Assembly (NCBI GenBank): GCA_029258835.1
Contig: JAPDJY010000033.1
Span: 1 to 53,500, forward strand
Direction: 5' to 3'
Length of the DNA stretch: 53,500 bases
Source: Thermoproteota archaeon
GTDB lineage: Archaea; Asgardarchaeota; Jordiarchaeia; Jordiarchaeales; Freyrarchaeaceae
Made by a program: the position numbers and the translations under genes. Numbering within the stretch: position 1 is the first letter of the stretch; every line of letters begins with the position of its first letter. The notes beneath the pieces were generated by a model, which worked only from the letters and a program-made list of their open reading frames with translations, was not told the origin of the DNA and did no database searches. Positions 19,956 to 29,843 of the stretch are shown in pieces.

Positions 19956-20351
19956 ATGAGAAGACTAAAACTGATGGAAGTAGGATACAACTTGGTCGAA
20001 AGAGAACTAATAGGAGAAGAATACGAGGAAATAGAGGATAAGATGAGCATCATAGAATTCCTTAGAAGACTTAGAAGAAAACGAACACCAAATCCGAAAA
20101 TATCAGTAACAGGTTTTGAGGAGGCTCTCCTATCAGGAATAAACACAGCAACATACATCAGAAGAATACTGAGGGACTCAACAGGCAGACTAAGAAACCA
20201 CATAATACAAATCCCAATAAATGGAGAACTAACATTAAACAGACAACCAAAAATAAGATACAGAGGAAGAGAGATCCCACTAACACCAATCTTCGGAAAC
20301 AGAATAAAACCAAAAGCAATAGGATACTACCATTCACCACCAAATATATAA
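19956..20351 (+). CDS. Small hypothetical protein, last gene of the BREX-like operon
   Basis: 131 aa, 11 bp after the MTase stop, preceded by a GGTGA RBS. Alpha/beta pattern (ISVTGFEEAL, IIQIPI). Confidence 0.75.
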   Translation: MRRLKLMEVGYNLVERELIGEEYEEIEDKMSIIEFLRRLRRKRTPNPKISVTGFEEALLSGINTATYIRRILRDSTGRLRNHIIQIPINGELTLNRQPKIRYRGREIPLTPIFGNRIKPKAIGYYHSPPNI

Positions 20352-20810
20352 AAATTAATATAATAGGTTAGAGCTACATCCCGACAACGCTGCGTTAATT
20401 CTTTAAGGTTACTGCTCTTTACTGCCTTCTCCACGGTAAGGGAAGTGGGAAGAGAGGTAAGCTGATTCACGGACATCGCAGCGTTGACCTAGAAATCGTA
20501 TGGAAGCCGTAGAAAAGGAAATTCCACCCTCAAACCCAAATTCGAAAAATACTGGAGGGAGTGGAGGGGTAAGTTGAAAGGCGGTGGGCACTTTGTGTTT
20601 CTCCACACCCTCGTCAGGGCCGCTTAAGGTGGATCTTATGCTACTCCATTTAAGCCTTCTTGAAAGCTTTTCTCATTAATCGTTTTACTTTTCCAAATTG
20701 CCTGCGACGCGTGGTCTGATGGTTGTGTGACTCGTGATTATATGAGTTGGGTTTTATGTCGAAGTTTTGGAGAGGAATTTTTGTGGTTATTCGGTTTAAG
20801 CCTTGAGGTG

Positions 20811-21467
20811 TTAAAGATGCTTAGTTATTTCTGAGCTTATTTTTTCTAATGTTTTGTTTGCGTTTGCTGTGAGCCCTATCCAGAGTCTGCTTCTGCCGCT
20901 TGGGTGTGGAGCAACGGTTATGTTGGTTGTTACTCCGCTTATTTTAACATCGTTGAATATGCCTCCCTTGACAAAAATAAGTTCTTTTAGATTTCCTTGG
21001 AGTCTTTTATCACCGGAATACTCTAAGAGCGCTTTAACGGCTTCTTTTCCGACCGCAACTATGAGCTTAGGCTTTAAGGCTTCGATTTCCCTTTTCAAGT
21101 ATTTAGCTCCATACGCACATATTTTGAGCGCCTCTCCTTTGTGTTTTCTCAGGTCTCCTCCATTTTTTGTTCTTAGGAAGCATTTTCTGACGTGGGTCCA
21201 GTATGTGTTGGTGTTATTGCCGTGTTTTTCGTAGCATGGTTTGAAGTTGCCTTCGAAAAGTGCTTGTAGAAAAGTGAAGGTGGGATGGTTTGCTATGGAG
21301 GCTATGAATTCGCGGGTAGCCTCCTCGTTAGGCCCCTCTGTGATAACCATAACTTTAACCCAATTAACGTGGTCGCCGTCAAAAAGCAGCGGGCGGCTCC
21401 TATCTTTAAGAGGACAGTTATTACAGTCCGCATGATTCCTAATATCTTCCCAAACTCTCCTCATCAT
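20811..21467 (-). CDS. Uracil-DNA glycosylase superfamily protein (divergent)
   Basis: CNNCPL, VMVITEGP, YWTHVRKC, LKREIEALKPKLIVAVGKEA and PHPSGR. Confidence 0.85.
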   Translation of the reverse strand: MMRRVWEDIRNHADCNNCPLKDRSRPLLFDGDHVNWVKVMVITEGPNEEATREFIASIANHPTFTFLQALFEGNFKPCYEKHGNNTNTYWTHVRKCFLRTKNGGDLRKHKGEALKICAYGAKYLKREIEALKPKLIVAVGKEAVKALLEYSGDKRLQGNLKELIFVKGGIFNDVKISGVTTNITVAPHPSGRSRLWIGLTANANKTLEKISSEITKHL

Positions 21468-21569
21468 TTCACCTAAGCGAAGTGATGCAGGTCAAATTTT
21501 CTTTGGTTTTTCATGTAAAAAATTTATGTTAATTGGACTAAGCTAAGCGGGTTAATTAGATGAGACTCT

Positions 21570-22040
21570 TATTTTCAGTATTTTTACATGAAATAAGCAT
21601 GTCTGTTAAAAACTCTTTGTCTCCTCGCTTAGGCATATTTAATCTCCCTCTTTATTTCCTCCCTGACATGCTTTATTCTTATGGAGTCGGTTCCGTCAGG
21701 AGTTAGAATATCGACTTTTCTGCCAAAAAGCTCCTCGAGGGAAGTCAACGAGACCACAAGCGTTCTTGAGTGTTGCTTTAGCCTTTCTCAAATTCTACTA
21801 CGAAATCAATATTGCTTCCCTCCTTCTCCTCGCCTCTTACGAACGAGCCGAAAATTCCGATTCTTTTGACTCCAAAGCTTCTTATCTTGTCCTTGTTTTC
21901 CCTTATCCTCTTCAGGATTTCCTCTTTATTCATACCTCCACCTCTTTAAGCCCTATCTCCCTACTCATCAACTTATGAAGCACTTGCTTAAAAGTTCTTT
22001 TAGAACCTGTTTTCTTTTGGTTCAACCCCTTCTTCCAGAA
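21570..22040 (-). pseudogene. Second, diverged copy of hsdS 3' end + MNT + hepT 5' end
   Basis: CATACCTCCACCTCTTTAAGCC is identical at 3315-3336 and 21931-21952. MNT MNKEEILKRI..GIFGSFVRGEEKEGSNID is followed by a stop. hepT start at 21636 is truncated. Confidence 0.85.
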
Positions 22041-22369
22041 CACTGGGGTGTGGGCGTCTTCCTTTTCAGGGGGAAATGTTTCCTTTTGTTCTCTTTTCTA
22101 GCTGGCAGCTTCTATCATGTCCACGGCTGGAATGTTTTCGAGCATCCTGCTCGATTACCTGCCCTTAAACCTCTACGCTTTTTGACCTGCCTTCCCATGT
22201 TTTCACCACTTAAGCCCTGTTTTTGCATGATTCCCTTCCCCCTTTATCTCTGGGAAGGAAACGCGGTCACCTTGTTTTAACGCTGAAGGACGAGTTGTTT
22301 TCATTGGGAGAGTTGAGTGCTTTCGTGAGGCTCATAACCTTCATATTTCCGGGCTGCTAAGTATGTGTT

Positions 22370-22795
22370 GTGTGCTGTATGACTGGGGGTTTACGCTTGG
22401 ATGGGTACGTGTCTGACTGGCTTAGTGAGGCGAGGGAGGAGCTTGAAACAGCCAGGCACCTTCTTAATCTTAAGCGTTACGCTCACTCCTGCTTCCACTC
22501 TCAGCAGGCGGCTGAAAAGGCTCTTAAAGCCCTGATCATCCAGCTTAGGAGGGTGGTGCACAGGTCGCACGACTTGGTTGAGCTGTACGAGGTGGTTAGG
22601 GAGGATTTGAGGCTGGAGAGGGAGGTTGAGGGGAGGCTCCCTGAGCTCTCAGCATACTACACGCAGTCCCGGTATCCTAACGCTGGGCTGAGGAGGCCGT
22701 CCTCCGAGATAGGGGTGGAGCAGGCTGAAAGGTGTTTTGAGGCTGCTAGGAGGGTTGTGCGTGCGGTTGCCGGAAGGCTTGGAGTCGAAGTTTAG
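22370..22795 (+). CDS. HEPN domain protein
   Basis: WLSEAREELETA..CFHSQQAAEKALKA..SHDL..YTQSRYP. True start is probably TTG at about 22397. Confidence 0.92.
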   Translation: MCCMTGGLRLDGYVSDWLSEAREELETARHLLNLKRYAHSCFHSQQAAEKALKALIIQLRRVVHRSHDLVELYEVVREDLRLEREVEGRLPELSAYYTQSRYPNAGLRRPSSEIGVEQAERCFEAARRVVRAVAGRLGVEV

Positions 22796-23075
22796 GAGTG
22801 CTATTGAAGAGTTCCTGCGCCGCTTGGAGGGTGAGCTTCAGGGGGACTTCGAAGCGTACCTTTTCGGAAGCCTCGCCAGGGGGGACTACCTGCTTGACAG
22901 CGACGTGGACATCGTGGTAGTGACTGATAGGCTGGCGGGGATGAAGCCGTGGGAGAGGTTCGCCTACCTCAGGAGGCTGGCGCCGTCAAACGTCGGCTTC
23001 GACATACTATGCTACACGAGGAAAGAATTCAAGGAAGCACGGAAACTGATAGAAAACCTTCTGAAGATCAGGTGA
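22737..23075 (+). CDS. MNT nucleotidyltransferase
   Basis: LFGSLARGDYLLDSDVD (GSx10DxD). True start is probably TTG at 22779. Confidence 0.92.
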   Translation: MRLLGGLCVRLPEGLESKFRSAIEEFLRRLEGELQGDFEAYLFGSLARGDYLLDSDVDIVVVTDRLAGMKPWERFAYLRRLAPSNVGFDILCYTRKEFKEARKLIENLLKIR

Positions 23076-23788
23076 ACGCTGGCATAACACGAAAAACCAT
23101 CCACAACCCCATCACAAAGCACTGCTCTCAGCCGTAGGCATGCCAACCAGAAGCCAGCAACCCATAGGTGGACAGGTCATTTGATGGGGGAGTAATGAGA
23201 GAGATCCCCAAGGGAAGACTGCAACTTGGTCATGGGCGGGCAGAATGATAGGAACAATTTATAATTACAGCTTTCATAGCTAGGAGAGTGGATGGAGCTG
23301 GGAGGGGGGAGTAATGTGGCAGGAGAGGTGAAAAAGATGGTTGATGCGCCCATGCTTCTGGCTTCCTGTAAAGGGGATTTCACCTTAGGATTGGGAAGCT
23401 GGTGTGCTTTACGTAGGATTTTAAGCCCTTAGAAAGCTGGAGATACGGGAGTTACAGGTGGGGTTCTGTTGAGATGCAGGGAAAACAAGCTTTTGGAATA
23501 GCGATCCTTAGTGCGAGCGGGTTTAGGGTTAAAGCATGGGGGTGTATGGCCTGTTGAGCTGTGATGCGTGGTTCACAGGGGGTGTTTCGTTAACTTTTAA
23601 GTGCTGGTGATGTAAAGTTAGAGTGGAGGTGTGGAACCGGTTTTAAGTCTTGGAGGGTGGGTGGAGGGTGGAGCTGGCGGTTTATGGTTTGGCTGTCTGG
23701 TGGTTGGAGGGGTTCGGGCTGTTTTCAGCCTCCTGGGAGACTTAACGTTTATATTAATCTCTTCTTAAAGAGTGTGGGGAGGGTTGAG

Positions 23789-24736
23789 ATGGGTGAAGGG
23801 TATGCTTCTATGGTGGAGGTAACGTATGAGGACTATTTTAGGTTTATTAAGGGGCGTAGGTTCGTGGTGGTGGAGGGTGTGGAGCTTGAGATAGGGGGGG
23901 ATTGGAGGATTAATGGGTTTCAGCCTGAAGGGTTTGAGTTGGAGCCGACTAATGTTTGGAGTTTTCCCAGGCGTGGCGGCTGGGCTACGCACTACCTTAA
24001 CGCGAGGTACCGTGGGAACTGGGCTCCTCAGGTTGCGAGGAACCTGATACTCAGGTACTCCAGGGAGGGGGATGTGGTTTTGGACCCGTTCGTGGGGTCG
24101 GGGACCACCTTGATTGAGGCGAAACTGCTGTTTAGGAGTGCGATTGGGGTTGACGTGAACTTGGACGCCGTAATGCTGACCTTGGACCGTTTGAGGTTCG
24201 ATTACAGGCCGCTGGACGTGGACGAGAAGCCCAGAACCTGGATAAGGGTTTTCGTTGGGGACGCGAGGAACTTGGATAAGATAGGTAATGAGAGCGTCGA
24301 CCTGATAGCAACCCACCCGCCCTACGCAGACATAATAGGCTACTCGAAGAACTCTGACAGGCCTGAAGGCGACCTGTCAAAAGTGCACTCCGTGGAGGAG
24401 TTTGTAGGTGAGATGGGGAAGGTTGCAGGGGAATTCTTCAGGGTGCTTAAACCCGGAAGGTACTGCGCGGTTCTGGTGGGGGATACGAGGCGGCGCAAGC
24501 ACCACGTCCCAATCTCCTTCAGGGTGATGCAAGCCTTCCTCGACGCAGGGTTCATCCTGAAGGAGGACATCATCAAACTCCAGCACAACATGAAGGTCAC
24601 CCCGCTGTGGAGGAAGAGGTCTGCAGAACTAAACTTCCTGCTCCTCCAATACGAGCACCTCTTCGTGTTCAGGAAGCCAGAGAAAAACGAGAAAACCAGC
24701 ATGTTCAAGGAGAGCATGAAATGGTGGCAAGAATGA
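23789..24736 (+). CDS. Orphan N4-C/N6-A DNA methyltransferase
   Basis: RGNWAPQV, DPFVGSGTT and THPPY. ATG at 23789 is in frame with ORF 23657. No adjacent restriction nuclease. Confidence 0.88.
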   Translation: MGEGYASMVEVTYEDYFRFIKGRRFVVVEGVELEIGGDWRINGFQPEGFELEPTNVWSFPRRGGWATHYLNARYRGNWAPQVARNLILRYSREGDVVLDPFVGSGTTLIEAKLLFRSAIGVDVNLDAVMLTLDRLRFDYRPLDVDEKPRTWIRVFVGDARNLDKIGNESVDLIATHPPYADIIGYSKNSDRPEGDLSKVHSVEEFVGEMGKVAGEFFRVLKPGRYCAVLVGDTRRRKHHVPISFRVMQAFLDAGFILKEDIIKLQHNMKVTPLWRKRSAELNFLLLQYEHLFVFRKPEKNEKTSMFKESMKWWQE

Positions 24737-24920
24737 ACAAAGGCAACAATGACCACTTAAATCAACAATCATGAGCTTCAAGGTGAAGGCGGGAAACCGA
24801 AATCAGAGATAAAACTGCCTTTGCAACCTTCTAAGGCCGAAAAGAAGGTGTGGAAATCATGGGATTAATAGAGGAAAAATAAAATCTCATGAATGGGTTA
24901 AAGTGGTAAGGGGGAGAGAT

Positions 24921-25325
24921 GTGAACGAGAAGATAAAGAGGATACTGGCAAGTATTAAAGAGTATCTAATCGAGAACTATGGGGGCAAGATAAGGCAGGT
25001 TATCCTTTATGGTTCTTATGCACGGGGGATTACGATGAGGATTCCGATGTTGACGTATTGATTGTTGTGAGTGATGATGTTAACCCTATCGAGGTTGAAG
25101 AGTCCTTAAGCGATTTACTTTTTGAAATCCTTCTTAACGAGAAGGAGCTTTGCTCGGTTAGGGCGATACCAGAAAAATTGTTCAAGGAATACAATTCCCC
25201 CTTCCTTTTAAATGTAAAAGAGGAATGCGTGATGATATGAAAAAAGAAATAGGAGGCCTTCTAGAGAAAGCTAATGGATACCTGAGAAGTGTGGAGCTAC
25301 TAATTTGGAGCTATTAGTTAGATGA
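24921..25325 (+). pseudogene. Frameshifted MNT plus truncated HEPN
   Basis: VILYGSYARG / DYDEDSDVDVLIVV is split by a 1-nt loss in a G run near 25025. Overlapping MKKEIGGLLEKANGYLRSVELL stops after about 28 codons. Confidence 0.8.
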
Positions 25326-25525
25326 AGCTAATCCTAAGAAGTTTGTTGGCTGTGTGAAGTGCGCATGGTTTCGGTTTCACTGTCTTTTTAAATAAATTTT
25401 TTCCGTGTTAAAACGGTAGAAAGGGGGCTTTAAGACGGATTTAATGGGTGTTGTTTGGTTTGCTTTCCTGCCGGGTTGGCTGGCGTATTGTGTGGTGTTA
25501 TGTGTGGTTTGAGGGGGACGGGTTG

Positions 25526-26140
25526 CTAGGTGTTTTTCTTTGTTTGCTGGGGGTTGGGGCTGGTTTTTGCCTTGATTTCTTCTATTAGTTTTTCGCATTG
25601 TTTCCAGCGTTTGCTGAATTTTGCTGGTGGGAGCCTTTTCTCGTAGAAGTGCTCGTGGAGTTCTCCTCCATACGTTAATAAGTCTTCGAACAGGCTTCTT
25701 AACTCTTCCTCCACATTGTTAGCCACGAACTTGTCCAGTTTCCTGCGGCTCCAGTGCTCTATGAGTAGGTGTTTTCTGGCGGCGTAAGCCTTCACCAGCG
25801 CCGTGATAGCCCCCCACATTTTCTCCGCTGCCTGCAAGTCATCACCCTTATTCCTTAACTCAACCGCCTCCCGGTAATACTTCTTGAAAATGCTCCAGTA
25901 CTCCTCTTCCCGCTCGCTTGGATCCACGTCTAAGTTTCTTAGGTCCTCCTCGACGTCCTCCCTACTCCAACCGGAAGCCTCAACAATCTCATTTAAATTC
26001 CACCGTTCACCCTCCGTAAGCTCTCCTCCACCCTTCAGCTTCCTCGAAAGCTCCACTACCTCTGGGTACTCTCTTTTAACGGTCAAAACCGCTTCTCCGG
26101 GCAACTCCACTCCTCCTGCTCTTCTCCTAAAAGAAACCAA
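25526..26140 (-). CDS. PaREP1-family (HEPN superfamily) protein
   Basis: YYREAVEL..GDDLQAAEKMWGA..LVKAYA...LHEHFYE. Confidence 0.88.
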   Translation of the reverse strand: MVSFRRRAGGVELPGEAVLTVKREYPEVVELSRKLKGGGELTEGERWNLNEIVEASGWSREDVEEDLRNLDVDPSEREEEYWSIFKKYYREAVELRNKGDDLQAAEKMWGAITALVKAYAARKHLLIEHWSRRKLDKFVANNVEEELRSLFEDLLTYGGELHEHFYEKRLPPAKFSKRWKQCEKLIEEIKAKTSPNPQQTKKNT

Positions 26141-26809
26141 TATCCATTTTACCAGTCTCCTATGCTAAAATCTTACGGCCCCCTCTTAAAACTCCTTTTA
26201 ATAGAACTTTTAAGTCAAAAGGGCTAAAATAAGGTTAAACACCCATGAAAACCCCCTAAATCCAAAATCCTAACAGCACTCATAGCCAACTAACCCAAAT
26301 TATTCCAAGCTAACATTCCCCCTTTTTCTCTTAGGAAGGAAGCGGCTTAAGAATCCACGTCCCTTTAAGGTTTACTCGTTCGCTCGGGCTTAAGAATGTG
26401 CCTCTTCACGCTACCTTCTTAAGGTTTGCCATCGCCAAATTTATGATTCTGGCTTGGGAAGCGTTGCTTAGGGTGGTTAAAAAGCGGTCAAAACCGCTTC
26501 ATGCTTCGCTGCTTCTTGTGAGGTTTCGGACGGCAACTTGCCTATTTAGCCCTTACAGTTGTAGCCTTTGCAGTTGCGTTTTTAAGCTGTCTGTGGCGGG
26601 GGCGTCGGTTTGGCTGGGAGGGCTGGAGGGGGAGATTGCTGGCCTGGCAGCGGATGGGTTGTTGGTTGTTTCCTTGCTTTATGTTAGCGTTTTCTGGTTT
26701 AAGTTTGAGGCTGCTCGTAACCTGCACTGCGTTGCCGCTTGCCTGAGCGCTTTAATGCCGGAGTTTTCCTTTGGTGCTATTTGGCATTGTGCTTTTTTAC
26801 GCTGTTATG

Positions 26810-27874
26810 TTAGGTTGGCGTTGAAGTTCTGAATTGCTCTGTGAGGTGTTCGAGTTTGCGGCTTATTTCCTCTCTTCTCTCTTTTTTCGTGTAGAATGTT
26901 GCGTTGGGGTGGTCTTCGGGGACCCTGTCGCGTGCGTCCTGCTTTATCCATCCCTTGAGGAGGAGTGATCTGACTACTTTTTTGGCTTCGTCTACTGGCA
27001 TGTTTAAGCTGTCGGCTACCTGCCTTGTTGAGACCCTGTGTGGCTGGCTTCTTATGAAGGCTAGAGCCTCCTTCTCCTTTTTGCCTAGTAGTTCGACGCT
27101 TAGTGCTTCGCCGTCCTTGAAGACTACTACTTTCCCTTGGGGGAGGGGGTGCCATTTTTCCCCTCTGGTTAGCGGGGTTGTCGCTACCAGTGCCGCCTTC
27201 TCGTCCGGCTCCTTCATGCGTGCCAGGTTGACTTCGAAGTCCTCGTCCATCAGCCTTACGGATCTGAGGTGTGGGGGGTGCCTGAAGAGGTAGTGTAGAC
27301 GCCTATGCATGTTTGCGTGGGCGTAGAGGTGTTTCCCGTCTGAGAGGAGGAAGTTGAAGGCTCCGTACCTGCCTATCCTCTCGGCGGCTTCCTGGAGGGT
27401 GTCACGCACGGTGTAGGGGTTCCTTAAACCCTTCCCTCCCAGCTCTCTCAGCCTGTCCATGATGTAGCAGAAGGCGTGTTCGGAGTCCGTCTGGCCGATT
27501 GGACTGTAGCATTCAAGCCTGAACTCGTCCAGCCCCTTTATAGGGGATACGTCCCCGTTGTGGGCGAAGACCCAGTCCCTGCCGTTGAGCTCCCGGCTGA
27601 AGGGGTGGGTGTTCGCGTAGGTTTTCCCTCCCTCGGTTCCCATTCTAACGTGGCTGACCACGATTTTGCCTCGAACGTAGTCCGTGTCCCTCAGGATCCT
27701 CGCCATGCTGCTGTCGGGCGCAGGCAAGGGCTCCTTCACGACGATGGCTGCTTTGTCATTGTAGAAGGCTACACCCCACCCATCCCTGTTACTTTTACCC
27801 CTCCTCAGGAACCCCCTCCACGTGAAGCGGACGCCGACAACCCTGTTCGAGGAGAGGGCGAACAGCTCGCACAC
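26810..27874 (-). CDS. Class II glutamine amidotransferase (YafJ/EgtC-like) with C-terminal wHTH
   Basis: GTG at 27874 gives Cys1 (CELF). DGWG, SHVR, NTHPF, FAHNG and GQTDSE are present. C-terminal STRQVADSLNM..LLLKGWI. Confidence 0.9.
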   Translation of the reverse strand: MCELFALSSNRVVGVRFTWRGFLRRGKSNRDGWGVAFYNDKAAIVVKEPLPAPDSSMARILRDTDYVRGKIVVSHVRMGTEGGKTYANTHPFSRELNGRDWVFAHNGDVSPIKGLDEFRLECYSPIGQTDSEHAFCYIMDRLRELGGKGLRNPYTVRDTLQEAAERIGRYGAFNFLLSDGKHLYAHANMHRRLHYLFRHPPHLRSVRLMDEDFEVNLARMKEPDEKAALVATTPLTRGEKWHPLPQGKVVVFKDGEALSVELLGKKEKEALAFIRSQPHRVSTRQVADSLNMPVDEAKKVVRSLLLKGWIKQDARDRVPEDHPNATFYTKKERREEISRKLEHLTEQFRTSTPT

Positions 27875-27999
27875 AGCCTCCACCTCTTTAACCCGGACGA
27901 CACCACAGCACCTTCAAGTTAAAAAATCTGCACAACACAATTTAAGCACACCCCTAAACCCTCACGGAAACCCTCCTGAACCCCTCGAGGACGCAGCTT

Positions 28000-28132
28000 C
28001 CTGTGGAAGGGTTTGCGGGCGAAGTGGAGGGGGCTGCAGGGTTTTTCAGGCGCTTGAGCCGGGAGGTACTGCGCGGTTCTGGTGGGGGATACGAGGCGGC
28101 GCAGGGGCCACTCTAAGTTTCCCTCCAAGGTG
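28000..28132 (+). pseudogene. Duplicated internal fragment of the 23789-24736 methyltransferase
   Basis: 40-bp exact match between 28064-28103 and 24458-24497, with diverged flanks. Confidence 0.85.
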
Positions 28133-28154
28133 TCTGCTCGTTTCCGGCGAGACC

Positions 28155-28592
28155 CTACGAGCTTGGCTTACCTATGAGCTCCGCCTTCACGTATTTTCTG
28201 GCTGCCTCAAACTGCCGTGCATCCGACGTTTGAAGCTTAGCCCCCAGCCTCTCGGCGAGAGCTATGTACAACGCGTCGTAAACCGTAACCTTCTCGCTTA
28301 GCGCTATGCTTAGGGAGCGCTCAAGGTAGTCTTCAGCCTTGAAGACGTGGAGCCCCCTCGCCAGCAGCGTCAACGCGCCACACCTCTCCTTCGCATCATC
28401 CTCATCCAGCCTCCCCCGAACCGCGGCCTTCCACAGGGCGTTCAAAACCTCAACGAGCGCATGGTTCAACGTCGCCGTTTCACCAGTAAGCTGAACTCTC
28501 TCCCACCCCTCCTCTTGGAGGAGAACCATGGCAAGGGCTGAGGCGTCAACCACCACTACCACTGGAGCTCTCGCCGCCACCGGCACTGTCAC
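28155..28592 (-). CDS. vapC: VapC PIN-domain toxin
   Basis: VVVDASAL, EVLNAL, TVYDALYIALA and TSD. Confidence 0.92.
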   Translation of the reverse strand: MTVPVAARAPVVVVVDASALAMVLLQEEGWERVQLTGETATLNHALVEVLNALWKAAVRGRLDEDDAKERCGALTLLARGLHVFKAEDYLERSLSIALSEKVTVYDALYIALAERLGAKLQTSDARQFEAARKYVKAELIGKPSS

Positions 28593-28800
28593 GATCCTCC
28601 CTTACGGACTGGGCTGAGAAGCCCGCCTCAACCCCTCTCCTACCCTTAAGCATCCTGAGAGCCTCCTCTACGCTTTCCCTTCGCTCCTCTTCTTCAACGC
28701 GCTGAGCGATGAACCTCCTTATTTCCTCGCTCCAGTTCACGTTCAGCCTTCTCATCTTCACCCTTAAATCATCCGGGATCCTGACCGTAATGACGCCCAT
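28546..28800 (-). CDS. VapB-type RHH antitoxin
   Basis: MGVITVRIPDDLRVKMRRLNVNWSEEIRRFI...SVREDRD, overlapping vapC. Confidence 0.88.
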   Translation of the reverse strand: MGVITVRIPDDLRVKMRRLNVNWSEEIRRFIAQRVEEEERRESVEEALRMLKGRRGVEAGFSAQSVREDRDSAGGGESSSGSGG

Positions 28801-28962
28801 GTAGTACCACCTGAAATACATCAAGCATCGCAGCGTATTAAGAGTTACGTTGTCAAAGGCCTCAAGAGAGGGGTTAACGTAAACGCGTGGCGAAGAACTA
28901 TTTAATGGCCTCGCCCTTTTCCTTAAATATTTTACGGGAAAAATTTTTAAGTAAGGGGAAGC

Positions 28963-29775
28963 ATGCTAGCTCAAGGGATACGCATGAAGTTTTTGAAGCG
29001 GTTCAGGCCATGCTCCCCCAGTGAATCGTGGGATGGGTTCATAGAGGAAATGTACTCGGTTAAGGAGGGGATGCTCAGGATTCTGGACGGCCTCGCCTCA
29101 GGGGAGATCCCGAACGAGGAGTACAGCCTCTACGCTCTGAAAGAGTTTGTAAGGTCCCTGATAGTTGCCCAGGAGGACGCTGGCGACTGGTGGAGTGGGC
29201 CGCCGGATGCAGGGTACTGGTGTCTTGGCCCCATAGACCTGATCCTGAGCGGTGAGTCCGACGTGAGGGTTGACTTCCTGTACGAGCCCACGTACATTGC
29301 GGTCGCCATCCTCACCAGGGTGCTGCTCGACCACCGCGTAGTCGCGTTGAGGTTCCCCGAGTACGAGTACGTCCTCGGGAAGGGGATGCGGTTCGCTACG
29401 GGACGCGGGCTGTGGGGGCACGGGTTCGACGCGGAGTGGGGGCAGTTCCACGCTGTAGAGGTTCTGTGGAAGGGTAGGGTGCCGGAGTTCCTCTCAGCTA
29501 ACCCTGACTTCTGCCCTGAAATGTACGGGTTACTGGTGGAGATAAGGCGCCGCTACTCTGCGAAGATCGCCGGCTACTCCTCCCTGCTCAGCAGAGGCAT
29601 AACAAAGTTTACAGGTGACTGGCACCGGGTGTGCGACACGAGGGAGGTTCTCGAGCGCTACAAGAAGTTTAGGTCCATGCTGGACCCGCTGAAGCACGCT
29701 CGGGCTGCTTCACGCCGCCCTCGCCCGCATGAGCCTCCACGCTCACCCACCCCTCGCAAGCATTCACCTGGGTGA
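28963..29775 (+). CDS. Hypothetical protein
   Basis: 270-aa ORF after a TATA-like AT tract, containing conserved-looking RVDFLYEPTYIA and GRGLWGHG. Confidence 0.7.
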   Translation: MLAQGIRMKFLKRFRPCSPSESWDGFIEEMYSVKEGMLRILDGLASGEIPNEEYSLYALKEFVRSLIVAQEDAGDWWSGPPDAGYWCLGPIDLILSGESDVRVDFLYEPTYIAVAILTRVLLDHRVVALRFPEYEYVLGKGMRFATGRGLWGHGFDAEWGQFHAVEVLWKGRVPEFLSANPDFCPEMYGLLVEIRRRYSAKIAGYSSLLSRGITKFTGDWHRVCDTREVLERYKKFRSMLDPLKHARAASRRPRPHEPPRSPTPRKHSPG

Positions 29776-29843
29776 ATGGCGGCTTTCCTCCACTTAACCC
29801 CTGCCAGGCTTAACCCTGTAATGTGCCGGCTGATGGGTGCTGG

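Noticed and set aside
23177-23560. Possible degraded antitoxin/PIN pair
   Set aside because: No motif could be reconstructed with confidence.
26344-26430. GGCTTAAGAAT...TTAAGGTTT occurring twice, possible degenerate CRISPR repeat
   Set aside because: Only two short, unevenly spaced copies.
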